A stretch of 64,000 nucleotides of DNA from Fimbriosthenelais zetlandica (taxonomy: Eukaryota): assembly GCA_977030845.1 (NCBI GenBank), contig OZ365112.1, positions 25,792,001 through 25,856,000 of the forward strand. Reading direction: 5' to 3'. The notes under the pieces were generated by a model. The model was not told where the DNA came from. It did no database searches and saw nothing but the letters and a program-made list of their open reading frames with translations. The position numbers were made by a program, and so were the translations under genes. This document shows positions 26,208 through 37,673 of this stretch, one piece after another (within the stretch, counting starts at the first letter, position 1; every line of letters starts with the position of its first letter).

Positions 26208-26252
26208 CAATCCAAACGCTTGCGATTCAATCAATTTCCGGCCGTTGCAATT
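26208..26252 (-). mobile_element. LINE APE-endonuclease-like motif remnant
   Basis: Translates NCNGRKLIESQAFGL, resembling the NxNGxxLLxFCxxxxL motif of non-LTR retrotransposon endonucleases. Flanks are not recognisably homologous. Confidence 0.3.
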
Positions 26253-28022
26253 TATTTTTTCTCTCCCGTTGTTATTTTTCTTAATCAGAACTTCACGAAA
26301 AAGTTCTTGAATGATGATGGCCATATTTCACACTAATGGTCTTCAATGTGATTGCAATATGGCAATGGATCGTAAGCATTATGTCTTGGAGAATTGCTTG
26401 CAGAGTGATGTATAGATAGGGTAATTTTGTTAATCATAAAGTATACCTCATGCCTATCATTTATATACAGAACTCAACCTCTTTCACTTGGCAATAAATT
26501 TGCCCCTTCTCCCTATGCGCTCTGCTCGCTGTGGTGAAGCATAGCAAATCATATGCATATGCCAGGCATCGACAATACTTACCTCTGTCTCTTTCCATTA
26601 CTAAACATATTCTATCATACATACCTGAGGTATTCAGCAGAGCAACTCACTTTGAGCGTAGCCAGACAACCAACATGGTTATGTAAATACACTATGGAGA
26701 TATATACTCTCTAGCTCCTTGCCTGCTGTAACATAGAAATGTTTGTAGGTCAAGATGAGCGCATGAATGATTTGCTCGCCTCACCCTTCTGTTCAGCTCG
26801 CTAGCACGCTCAGGGTAAACTAGGCTGGCCTTGAGACAGGATCAATGAGCGAACTCAGTGATTTCAAATCTTAGAGGTATGCAGTTGGGAAGCACATGTG
26901 CTAGCAATAATATATAGCGCCACACGTTGCAATGTTGTACTTATGCCAGACGGTTGTTTTCCTGTGCATATATGCAGATGCTTTTTACCCACATTGATTC
27001 ATTATACGTTCTCCCTTTTCAACTCTCTAATAACTAAAGTACATGAATCATTCTGCTAAACAAATTAAGTCGTATCCACGAAACAAAAAGAATCATTGTG
27101 CTAAACAGATTATCTCCATCCGAAATTCCCATGAACATATTGATTTTGTTTGTTTTGGTCTTCTCAATGTATCCAGAGGATTCAAGGGGGTTGTTGGTTA
27201 ATCTAGCTAATCTAGTTATGTATCCAGGTGGCCTCCCCCGAGCTGCAGACCCCATGCATCTTGACTATAAAATATAGCAAGGAAAGAATTGCGTTGGCAC
27301 TACATTTACCACTGTCCTAGATGTTCGACTCTAATTAAACAACCCGGACATTCCTTATTAAATTTCTTCATCGCCGAGCAGTCACATCACAATGAAGGCA
27401 GTGTCTTTTCGATTGATGTATTCTTTCCTCCTATTATGATCACATTTACCTTGTTCGTGATGTATTATTATGGGATGTAAATGGGTTGGATTCTTACCTT
27501 ATTCCATACAAACCATTCCGTATGACTGCGAGGTACACATATAGGTACAAGCCGCCATCAATTTTATGTTCATCAAATATTAATTGGGAATATTCTCGGG
27601 TGTACTACTTCTCACTATGCAACAGGGGATTTCAAGGTCCTGCGATGTTATTGTTAAGTGCCTATCTAGAAGGTCCGCAGCTGAAGCAAGTATAGTCCCT
27701 CTGTTTTTTGTCACAGGCGGGGTAGTATATAGCATGTATACTTGTACTCAGTGTTGTTTTTTGTGGCTTGACTCTACCACCCTTCATTATAATTCTTCAC
27801 GGGGGTCCTCTAGACGTTCCCCATGAACACAAACCATTAGCTCTGTTCGAGGTCGTCGCTTAAGGATATTCATAATGCATAATGCCCACTTGAACACTGT
27901 ATATTCGCTGTAGTTGAGCATGATAATTTGTATATAGACCCACCACAAGCATTCCCTCACTTATAAAGCTAATATATTACTTTCCCCTATAGTTGGAAAG
28001 CTTATAAATCAGGCATCATGCA

Positions 28023-28122
28023 TTTCCTCTCTCTTGCTCTTTCACTCTCTAGCTCTCACTCTCCCGCTCTTTCTCTATAGTAGCTCCCTCTCCATCCCTC
28101 TCGCTCTCTTTCTTTCTCACTT
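28023..28122. repeat. CT-rich low-complexity tract
   Basis: About 100 bp dominated by CTCT/CTCC units. Confidence 0.85.
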
Positions 28123-28580
28123 GGCCTCGGAAGCAGTCCACATCCAGTGTGTATGATTCAGGATTGGGCCGGTAGAGGGAGAGAGGTAGGCGAGCATGTC
28201 GAGAGGTATAACTCACCTGAAGTTAATTGACAGGCGGTGCAAGTTTTTATTCTCTCTCAGATTCTACTGTGCTTGATTGAAAGAGGCTCTACAGTCACTC
28301 TCCACCACGCGTTCGTGGGAATAATTGCAGAGGACCAAGAGCGATGGGCTAAATCTCCAGCCCAAGTCGTCCCTTTCTTTTGTTTTAGCCCTGGAATGTG
28401 CAAGGAATGGGTGAGAGTGATGACCTGGCATAGCTTACTCTAAGCCGGTGTCGGCTTTAATTGCGTTTTTTGCCTCTGTTGGCAGTATACAAGGAGACCT
28501 TTAATGGAGCGAAGAAACCTTAGACACTTAACACAGCCCACCTTTATTAGACAAATCCACTTCACATACGACTTGAAACC

Positions 28581-28692
28581 AAGAGGTGAGAGAGTGAGAG
28601 ACAGGGCGATAGGGGAGACTGAAATAAGCAGAGAGGGAGAGAGAGAGACTGGGATGAGAGAGAGAGACAGAGAGAGGTGAGAGAGATGGAGA
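28581..28692. repeat. GA-rich low-complexity tract
   Basis: About 110 bp dominated by GAGA units. Confidence 0.85.
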
Positions 28693-31051
28693 ATGAATAC
28701 TAGCTAGGCCTATTGAGGATTGAATCGGGTGGAAAGCCACTTTCATTGCGCTCGAGACCCGAAGCGAAGTATGTCGGGAAGGGGCAAAAGTGGAAAGAAA
28801 AAAATCTCCGGGTAATTAAAAGTACCGCAGATCATGTCGGTGGAAATGGATACTCAACTTATCAGGGGAAGCATGTCTGGAGGGCCGGTCCTAATTGAAG
28901 TGTCTTGAGGGGCCAGCAGCTAGGTCCAGTATTGAAGGCAAGCTGCTAGACCATCAACATCAGCAGCCGCAGCATCCAAACCATGCACTGCCATTGACCA
29001 CTTGAAAATGAAGTGGAGCCTATAGCTCCATGCCTCGATTCCAAGACTAATCCATTCTGTCACTGTGTGAGATATTGCTCCCACACATGCCCGTCTTGTA
29101 CGACACAACATGGTCTACTCTAACGAGCTTTTCATGGGCTAAATAATGACACCCAAGAAACATAGTTTGCTTCATAAACCCTGGTTATGCCACTTTACTA
29201 AAAAGATTCCTTCTGTTATCTATTATGTAATATTTCTTACATACAAGGCCCCCCTGGCAGTGATGTGGCTCCCTTGAATATGGCTCCAGATCAAAAGAGG
29301 AAGGAAGGGGTAGACCTCCCTGGAGAAGGTGATATATAATGATCGCCCCCCATTCCCCTTGGCCTGGAGGTGTGAACCACCTGGAAGGCAAGGTGCGTCA
29401 GTTAATCAACAACCTGGAGCAGTCGGGGGTGCCACAGAGATAGGGCCTATCCGTGTTTATCTCAGGCAGGTGTCTGCTACTGCTTTACTCTTCCACAGAA
29501 CTTATTTTTATGGGTTTTTTTCTCTTTTAAAACAGCGCTCAATGATTATTCTAACCGCACGAGGCTTCTAGTGCACGGGACTGATTCCTCAAGATAATTC
29601 CCATGCTAGTTTACAAAGCAAGAGCATAATATTGTCCCTCAAATCCGAGGCTCAAAAGATAAGGATTTTTTCCCTTAAGAAATTTCATTATCTAATACAC
29701 ACAAACACCCCTCTCCATCACAATATCCCCAAAATAGGTCACCATCCTTTGATTCTGCATGGTCTTGCAGTTTCAAACGGTTTCCTACTAGAATTATTTC
29801 GTTGATGGTCAATTTTAAAAATTTCAGGTTCCTATCCTGTAGTCGTTCCAATGTTAATTACACGGTTGCCAGATTCTCACATCTTGAGTGGGACCCGGGC
29901 TATGTTCTCTGGAGGTTGTACTCATTCGGAGGGTCATCAGTCTTTGGCAATTTAACCTTATCTTCCGCTCCACACATACCTAAACCTCTCCTGGGTCTGT
30001 AGTGAAGGGTCCCCATACAGACTGTACCATCCCTATCGGTGCTCCACCAAGACCCGAAGCTTCAGCCTCCTTTATGTTGTTTGCCTTCCTCCAGACACTA
30101 TTGAGCATACTGGTTAATTGAATCTGTGCCATTCATTTATAGGTAATTATAAACAGCCATGACCGGAGTCTGGGTGCACTTTGAATTGCCATTCTTTGAT
30201 TCGTGTCTTATGCATTTGGATCAAACATATGCTACACATTTTAGAGTCTAATATGTGCAACGTTTTCTGAAGCATGAAATGTTACCCCACAAGTTAATGC
30301 CATACCCTCTAACAAATAACCGCCTATCCCCTAAAGGAAACCCATCATGTGAGAAAGTGATTACTAATAGGCCTTTTTCTGCCTACTTGAAAGTGCTAAA
30401 CCGCGTATCTCAGTTCCAGAAATGGCTGGATCTGTTAAGCCTTTCCCTCCCCGAGTCGTAAATCTTGTCTTATCCTCCACTGCAGTTACTTCCTGCATGG
30501 AGTTGCCATACTGGAGAGGCAGACTATGTGTGTGGATCTGCTTGAGGACAGCCGTAAACAAAATCAACCATTAATGGCGCCCCTCGTCTAACAAGCTGGG
30601 CTTTAATTGAGATCCAGTATAAATATTTTCCTTCGTCTGCTCCCTGCCCCATTAAACCTTATCAGGCAGCGACCCAGATATACAGAGATGCAGCTCGAGG
30701 GGGTCTTTTCAAATCTCTGATCCCGCTGAGTCTCGAGTGAAAACAGCTGAAATCCATCTGCTCCTTATACGCCCTCCCCTTCTAGAAGTTTGGCTTTATG
30801 TAAACAAACTAATAACCATTATTGGAAATCTATAATAGATCTCTGGAAGTAATTCTATCTTAGATTATTGCAGCATCTTATTTTACCCCTCCGTGCATTT
30901 GACTAACAGCATCGATCTCACGCAGTCTAGACAGTATTTCATGCAGTGAACGAGTCCCGCTAGTCGACAGTTGATGAAATCTGAGCAATTAAGGAATGAT
31001 TTCAGAAGAATATCTCGCACATGTTTGTCTCAAGTGCTCCCCTTGCTTTTA

Positions 31052-31162
31052 AGACGTTACTGGAGTGGCAATGGTGGGAAATTGCCACTTGTTTGGAGCA
31101 GCCACGTGACTGGGGTTTGCGACATTTGACCCATCGATGACAAACCGTGTCGCTTGGAAAAT
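31052..31162 (-). pseudogene. Fragment with a Regnase-1/ZC3H12-type NYN (PIN-like) RNase catalytic motif
   Basis: 37-codon stop-bounded frame IFQATRFVIDGSNVANPSHVAAPNKWQFPTIATPVTS. VIDGSNVA (31118-31141) matches the recalled family motif PVVIDGSNVAMSHGNKEVF, with SH and NKxxF echoes. The rest of the domain is absent. Confidence 0.4.
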
Positions 31163-32109
31163 TTATTAACGTCATATGTGGCAGGGGTTGCCGCAGTTTC
31201 CTTTAACCTCGAGGTCTTTGGGCCAATCCTCGATCAGCTTATCCTTTTCTTTGCCCAGGCAATAAATCCCCTGAATCTAGGGCGAGAGATGGTTTCATTT
31301 CACCCAGATTAATTCCCATCAAAATATGATTAGTCTGATTCCTCACCTGATCACTTCATTGTTAATCCGCGTGAAATATGACACACATTTGCCAGCCTCC
31401 AGGCATGGGGTCAACCACGGGGATAGGAAATCACATTATCCCCCAAAGGTACACCTATTAAAGTTGGCTTCCCCCGATTGTTACCAAGTAATTGATCCCG
31501 ATGTATGTTTATTCAAGTCGAGGATTTCCCCCCTTCCCGTGTCACACGCTCGGATTTGGTGCTAAATCTCACCATTCTATGCCTCCACTTTTTGAATGGC
31601 CGCTTGTGTTGCGAGACATCCCCATTCCCTAGTTTGATGGAGTTAAAGAAAAGGAAATTCAACACAACACTGGGCATGCATGATTCTGCAAAATCCGGGA
31701 AGATTTTTCTCTAGCAGTGTGCACAGCGTCCCCAGAGTGTAATCATGATCCTGAGTGCCTCCTTTTGTTGTTTGCCTCGCCTTCTGTTGATTGATACAGA
31801 TTCCTTCTTCACCCATCATCCATTGACTAGCAGATGACACATAGGCAGGCTCATGTCCACTGGCTTATTGTCTCCTGCCCTTCCCACAGCCACGAGGTCA
31901 AGAAAATGCTGAGATTTTAGTGAGGGATGGGAGGGTTCAGAGGTCGGGGTATTAGCTCAGGGGTTGAGAAGGCTGTGGGAGGTGGAATTCTCGGCGAAAT
32001 TGTCCAGGATGTCCCGTGAAGCATCACGTGACTCTTTGCAACTCTCGGCAACGCCTCGTTTTCGTTTTTCAAAATGGCGCTGTTGGAGGAGGTGATTATA
32101 GGAGGAAAT

Positions 32110-32160
32110 AAGGGCAGTTTTTAAGCCAAATGTTCTTTCACAGGAGTCATGTTTTGGAAT
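32110..32160 (-). mobile_element. hAT transposase C-terminal dimerisation-domain motif remnant
   Basis: Translates IPKHDSCERTFGLKTAL, resembling hAT IPxTSASCERSFSxLxxIKTxL. No TIRs or 8-bp TSD identified. Confidence 0.4.
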
Positions 32161-33164
32161 TATCACTCGCACTGTTAGACTGAAAAGACATGAGGTCATG
32201 AGTCCTGAATTTTAAAAAATAGCTCTCAAGTTAATCGGCACCAAAGATGCCTAGCTTATGCTCCATGCCGTTTATTTTGATGACATGTTTTTCACATTCA
32301 GCTGTAGGGTACTCTTCAGACTTTTTTTGGAGTATCATTTATCATTTCCTTTTCTGCAAAAAATGTTCACAAAGGGATATAATTTCATCACTTGGAGTCG
32401 ATAGCCCTGAATCCTTTTTCATTTCCTCTGAAGACAAGGACCTTGAATTGCATGGCACGCAAAAAGAGGAAAAAGAAATCGAGAAAATCTCTTTCAAGTG
32501 TATCGGCATTTGATGGCCAGATCTCGAGCCAATTTGCATCAGACTAGACCAAGTGGACACAGCCGCAGCCACATTAGTGCTGGGCACAGTCTTCAGACCC
32601 CTGATTGGCAATAAAAACAGTTTATCATTTCCAAAGGAGTGATTGAAATGTGGCCATTCATGCGATGTATTGCGTGCAGATATCGTGTTCGCGGTCTCAG
32701 CCCCAGTCTGCACTGTTCGATTGGGACAATTCCCCAATCCATAAACTAGTGATTTACATTCTGACCACTACCATATTAATCATAGCCATCCCCTCCCTTG
32801 CCACTGTAATGATAGGCTGCTTCCGCACTCGCATTCTCTCTGCGCATGAGCAGAATTCAGATCAACTTCCGTTTGCGAGAGAGAGGTTCTAATCAGGCTT
32901 CTCTTCGACTGTGAGGTCATTTTTTCAGCCTGGTTCAGTTGAAAAAATGCCCGGCAGAGATTGACATTCCTTGATAAAAACCCTCGGCAGTGAATTAAGT
33001 TCCCTGTCGGCACAGTTCTTCTCCCGCTTCTCCCTGACCTGATCCGGATCAACTGAATGCACTTCTGGGGTCAGGGGTCATTCAGGCAATAGTTCCAAAG
33101 GTCAGGCTTAGCGAAGCTGGAGTCCAGTCTCCCAGTGCCTGCTGCTTCACTCTCTACATTGCTG

Positions 33165-33195
33165 CTCTCTCTCTACCTCTCTACCTCTCTCTCTC
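33165..33195. repeat. Interrupted (CT)n tract
   Basis: CT dinucleotide run with two CTAC interruptions. Confidence 0.8.
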
Positions 33196-34295
33196 AGCAA
33201 AATTCCCTAGCATTAACCTCATTGTGCCATCATTGCCAAACTACTAACATCGATTTCTCTTGAAAATTTTTCCCCTGGTATAGAGGCTCTACTTTAGGGG
33301 GCACTAAGTCGTGTAATGCATTTTATAAAGCAGAAAATCACCCTAGAAGGAAACTTTTCCAAGCAACCCAATCACAATAAATCTAGGCTACTCCAAATGG
33401 TGTGTTCAGCTTTGACTTGGCCAGATTAATCCGGTAAATGTTTTGGAAGTTTTTGTTGCGTCCACATGATGCACCAGCTGTCATAAACTCGCCATGTGGC
33501 ACCGAAAGGGAAAAAATCTGACACTTTAACCTCCGGCTCCGAGGGAAGATCAGCTCCCCATAGTCGTGGTTTGAGTGCAAAAATCAAGCCACTATCTCTT
33601 TACGAAAAGCCCTGGAATCCATTAAGTACCGCCCGCGTTTTTTAAATCCTGTATTTTTGTTGCAATTTAAACTTGATCCGATCCAACTTTGCTCGGTTGC
33701 ATTTGAACGTAGATCGATTAGTTGCTTGGCTGAATGGTCCTCTAGTTTCAAAGAGGTGTTGTCCAATCTTAGTTTTTGTTAGAAGATCTTTTTGTTGCCT
33801 TGGAGTTGGAATGCAGAAGAACATTAACACGTTTTTGGAGATGATATTTTTGTATTCCACCTCACTGTTTTTCCATTAATCGAGAGGGAAATTGACGAGA
33901 TTTCTCGTCAAAGCCATGGCGACGTTAAAGCCTGAATACAATGCTATTTTTACTAGATTTATTCGACATTTTGGGACTTGTTTTCTATCCTGTGTCCTAC
34001 CCCTGTAGATTCTATACCAGTGATTTATCTGTATACATTCTATCTGCCTCAATCTATTAGTCACATATACTACATGTCACGTTCCTTCCTCTACGTTAAT
34101 CGGAGGGTCGGGACCTTGCTGGTTTGGGTCAACAGGTTGACATTTCGGACATCTGTGGAACAGGACGCCTCGCTGTGTCCGACCATGCGGCCAGCATTCC
34201 TGCTAGCGTGGAAAAACCATCACAAACCGCTAACATCTCTCACTGGGTCAGCAATATGTCTCACTTTGTCCTCTAATATTCCCAGTGACTATTAT

Positions 34296-34421
34296 ATTGA
34301 TGGGTTATTTGCCTTTGTATTATCTTATGTTGACGATATATCCCATCAACATACATGTGGGAATGAGCTGAGAAATATCACTTTACCAATCACTTGGGAA
34401 AAAATGGGGTTTGATATCAAT
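34296..34421 (+). mobile_element. Reverse-transcriptase palm-like remnant (LTR/DIRS-like)
   Basis: In ORF 33978..34493: IDGLFAFVLSYVDDI followed by GFDIN 23 residues after the DD (YVDD 34326-34337, GFDIN 34407-34421). This resembles YxDD...GxxxN spacing in Ty3/DIRS RTs. The upstream PFG/PQG motif is missing. Confidence 0.3.
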
Positions 34422-36406
34422 TTTCCTTCTGTTGCTGGATTATTATCCTTAGCATTAGGGACTAGCTTACTAACAATACATAAAGATACTTGATGTGTTG
34501 TACATTTCAATTGGGCGAAATATATTGACAACATACTTGTACACATGTATTTCAGTGTAAGATCTGAGGGTTTGTTTGGTATCATATGGTAATTTCCATC
34601 GACTGCAGCTGACACAGATATACCATGCAGCTACCTTATCCCCTTTCAAAAGCTGCTTAAAATATAATCTTCAAGGAAGTTATTTTTTCTTAAGGATTCT
34701 TAGATTTATTGTCAAAATGGGTTGTGTAGCGTGACTTGTGAGGGAGATGGGGAACTTCAAGTGGCTTCTATATAGATGGATGTCAAGCTGGGTTATTGAT
34801 TCTGGGTAGGCCCCCAGGGGCCGAACGACTGTCTACAAGCCTTGAAAAATATAGTTGATATAGCAAGGTATGCATTTCTAGCAGACATGCGGAATCACAC
34901 CTCCTTAAGATCACCAGGATCTTCCCAGATGCAGAGCCGCAAAACCTATAAGAAGAAAAGTGCGCGTGCATAAGAACCGAGCCCTCTGGAATAAATCATG
35001 CAAAAATTCCCCAGTTTCGCCTAGGTGACACAGCTGTTGCTTTCCCCTCGTTTTTAATCCGAAATTGCGAATAATGTTTGTTCATTTGGACTCGGTTCAG
35101 TCTGGGAATCGATATGACTTGTTTGCATTGAGGCATATATTTGTCGGATGTAGGATGGTTGGGGTTTCCTGGGAATATATTAGTTCTGTCCATACGTGGA
35201 AATCATTCTAGAATTGGGTATCGCATGTTGTCCTGTTTTAAAGTACATTGTCCCTTTTGCTTGCCTATAATATTTACAGTGCTTTGTGTGCGGGGTGGGA
35301 GCAAACTGGCGTGTTTATGGTGTTTAGGCTGGAGAAAGGGAGTATAACAACAGGGGCAAATAGCTGGCCAGATCCTATTTCTTGTTTGATTTATACCTGT
35401 TGCAGCTGGAATTTAATTGAATAGCAGTTACAATAGTGGCTACTAATGACATCTCCCCTCTACTTGATGCGTGGCAAATTGCTATTGGATATATTACATG
35501 CTAATGGTTGCAATACGGCAACAGTTGGACTGCATTTCCAGTTATACAACCCATAATGATAAAACAAACCCGATCTCATTTTGCATCAGACAATCTACAG
35601 GATGGGGAGGTTATGGTAAAATGAGATTTTAATGTCCAATGTTTACATGCATCAATTGGCACAAGTGGTGGGTTGCAGTTGACATACTGTCTTATTGTAT
35701 TTTGACATGGGCTTAAATATAACAATTCCCTTTTGGGATATACTAAGCATTGTCTCTTGCATGTGGGTATAGAAAATAGTTCTGAACCCTCGCCGCTGAA
35801 TTAATGCAGATTGCCAGAATGTCTGTTTTGACATAAAGGGAGCAGGGTTGTTTGCTCACCAGGTCCCACCTGCCTCTGCCCTGGCTATAGTTCGGGGTTG
35901 TGCCCCATGCTCCATTCCGGTAAATACATAAGTAAGGTCTAAAAGGTATGCATATCTTAACTCTATATACACACTCCCGCATTATTAAATTTCACTGTTG
36001 TAGACTCAGGGTGGTCCTTACTCTTTGCCACTGGCAGGTGAAAAGGGGAGGTTTTCTTGGCTCCAGTGTCCCATTGCACTAAAATACCTTTGACTTGACT
36101 CTACCCTTGAAGGGAGCAGAAAATTCATGGAGGTAAGATAGCCTTTTGCATGTATACATATGCCATTCACATGTACCGAAATGATTTTTATTGTGTATCG
36201 AATGCAATATCTTGTAATACGAAAGTGTGCTCAAATGCTTTGATATGAAAAATTCAATGCTACTCTTGTCTAGGCACACCCACATAAGGGACACCACCCT
36301 CTCTCTACCACTGCAATAACTCAACTTTTGAAATTCCATATATATGCATTACAATAGTACAAATCTTAAGCACGTTAAGCACCGGGATCTTGTAGGGTGT
36401 GATAAC

Positions 36407-36478
36407 TGGTTTTTCACCTCCATACACCTTTCGATGGTCTATTATATTAACGTGTAAGGATTGGGGGTAATGTTTGCT
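36407..36478 (-). pseudogene. Decayed C2H2 zinc-finger/linker-like fragment
   Basis: SKHYPQSLHVNIIDHRKVYGGEKP resembles GKxFxQxSHLxxHxRxHTGEKP, but both Cys pairs and the second His are absent. Confidence 0.3.
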
Positions 36479-36984
36479 AGGAGGACTTGTACTGGTAGCG
36501 GAGTGATCTAAAGGAGCCAGCCCTGCCATAGACTCTTTTAAAAGGCCTCCATGTGTCAACAAAGTACGATACAAGCATTCCATCTAGCACGATCAGCCTC
36601 ACTACTGCACTATCCATGTTAAGGACGCTTTAGTTGGGTTTGTCAAGGACTCCAGCAAGCATTTCTAAGCTGGCACTTGGGTGGTTTCAGAGCCTTTTGA
36701 GAAAAGGGGAAAAAGTCTAGCTTCCACTGTTCGACACCTTTGTAGGCAATTGGTGTTAAGAGGGTTGCTTTGACGGGGGAGTCGAGCTAGGTGAGTAAGA
36801 TCTGATTTTAACGGGATTGGCATAAGGTTTGGTTACATTTTGCCTCGTAATTGGCTAATTTTTCTTGAGATCCTTTCACTTTTCAATACCCTTCCTTTAA
36901 CATTCTCACATTTGAGCAAACTAATGGAAGTTTTGAAAATGAAACAGCGCCTACTTTGATTCCCACAGAAGAGTGAAGCCAATT

Positions 36985-37023
36985 ATTTATACCAATATTG
37001 GAATAATTTGGAATCCACTGCAC
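36985..37023 (-). mobile_element. Retroelement RNase H C-terminal motif remnant
   Basis: VQWIPNYSNIGIN resembles WIPxHxGIxGN. The Tyr codon TAT is one transition from His CAT. No other RNase H motif seen nearby. Confidence 0.3.
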
Positions 37024-37642
37024 CTGTTGATATGATATATACATTATTTCAAAAATATTGCTCAATATAGTTTCATGACTATTAAGCTTGGACTTTCACC
37101 AGCTGCTGCTGGACAAGTCTGGTCCACACATGCAACCACTCGGGTTTTAGAGAAGCACCAGTCAGTTAAATAGTAGTCTGCTATCTCTAATATATATATA
37201 TAGCCCATGTCTGGTGAGTCAGTTCTAGGATAATCTAACCCTTACAATCATCTGTTCACTATGCCTGGAAGACAGACCTACTGGTTGATGGTGGTAGAGT
37301 AGATCGGGAACTCGGCTCTTGCTCTGAATATCCCCCCAACTCTTGCTGGCTCCACACATAATACAATTAGACTCCCAATACTCCACATTAGTGGCCTTTT
37401 CTCCAGGCCCTATTCTCCATGGCAAATTTCCAAGGCTCTGTATATAAGCTAGAAGCCAGAGGCAGCTTTTCCCATTTTAACTGATCTCTATCTGCTTAGT
37501 TGAATTTATTTTTCAACCGGTGAATCTTGCCAATCACAACATGAGTTCTTTGACGTGAGTGAATCAACCTGGAGCTGAGTCAAAATCCTAGATTGACTTT
37601 ACACGTGTCCCTATAGTGAACCTTGGGTACTCATAGTCATAT

Positions 37643-37673
37643 AGAGAGAGAGGGCGGATAGGGAGAGAGAGAG
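37643..37673. repeat. Short GA-rich tract
   Basis: Two (GA)n runs separated by GGCGGATAGG. Confidence 0.7.

Noticed and set aside
26289-26371. Exon between a strong plus-strand acceptor and a GTAAGC donor
   Set aside because: Stops in all three frames; it could only be non-coding and there is no other support.
31064-31089. 9-bp inverted repeat AGTGGCAAT-N8-ATTGCCACT
   Set aside because: Within chance expectation; no associated feature.
31946-31968. tRNA/SINE-like head GGGGTATTAGCTCAGGGGTTGAG
   Set aside because: Only an A-box-like 5' part; no B box (GTTCRA), anticodon arm or acceptor-stem partner downstream.
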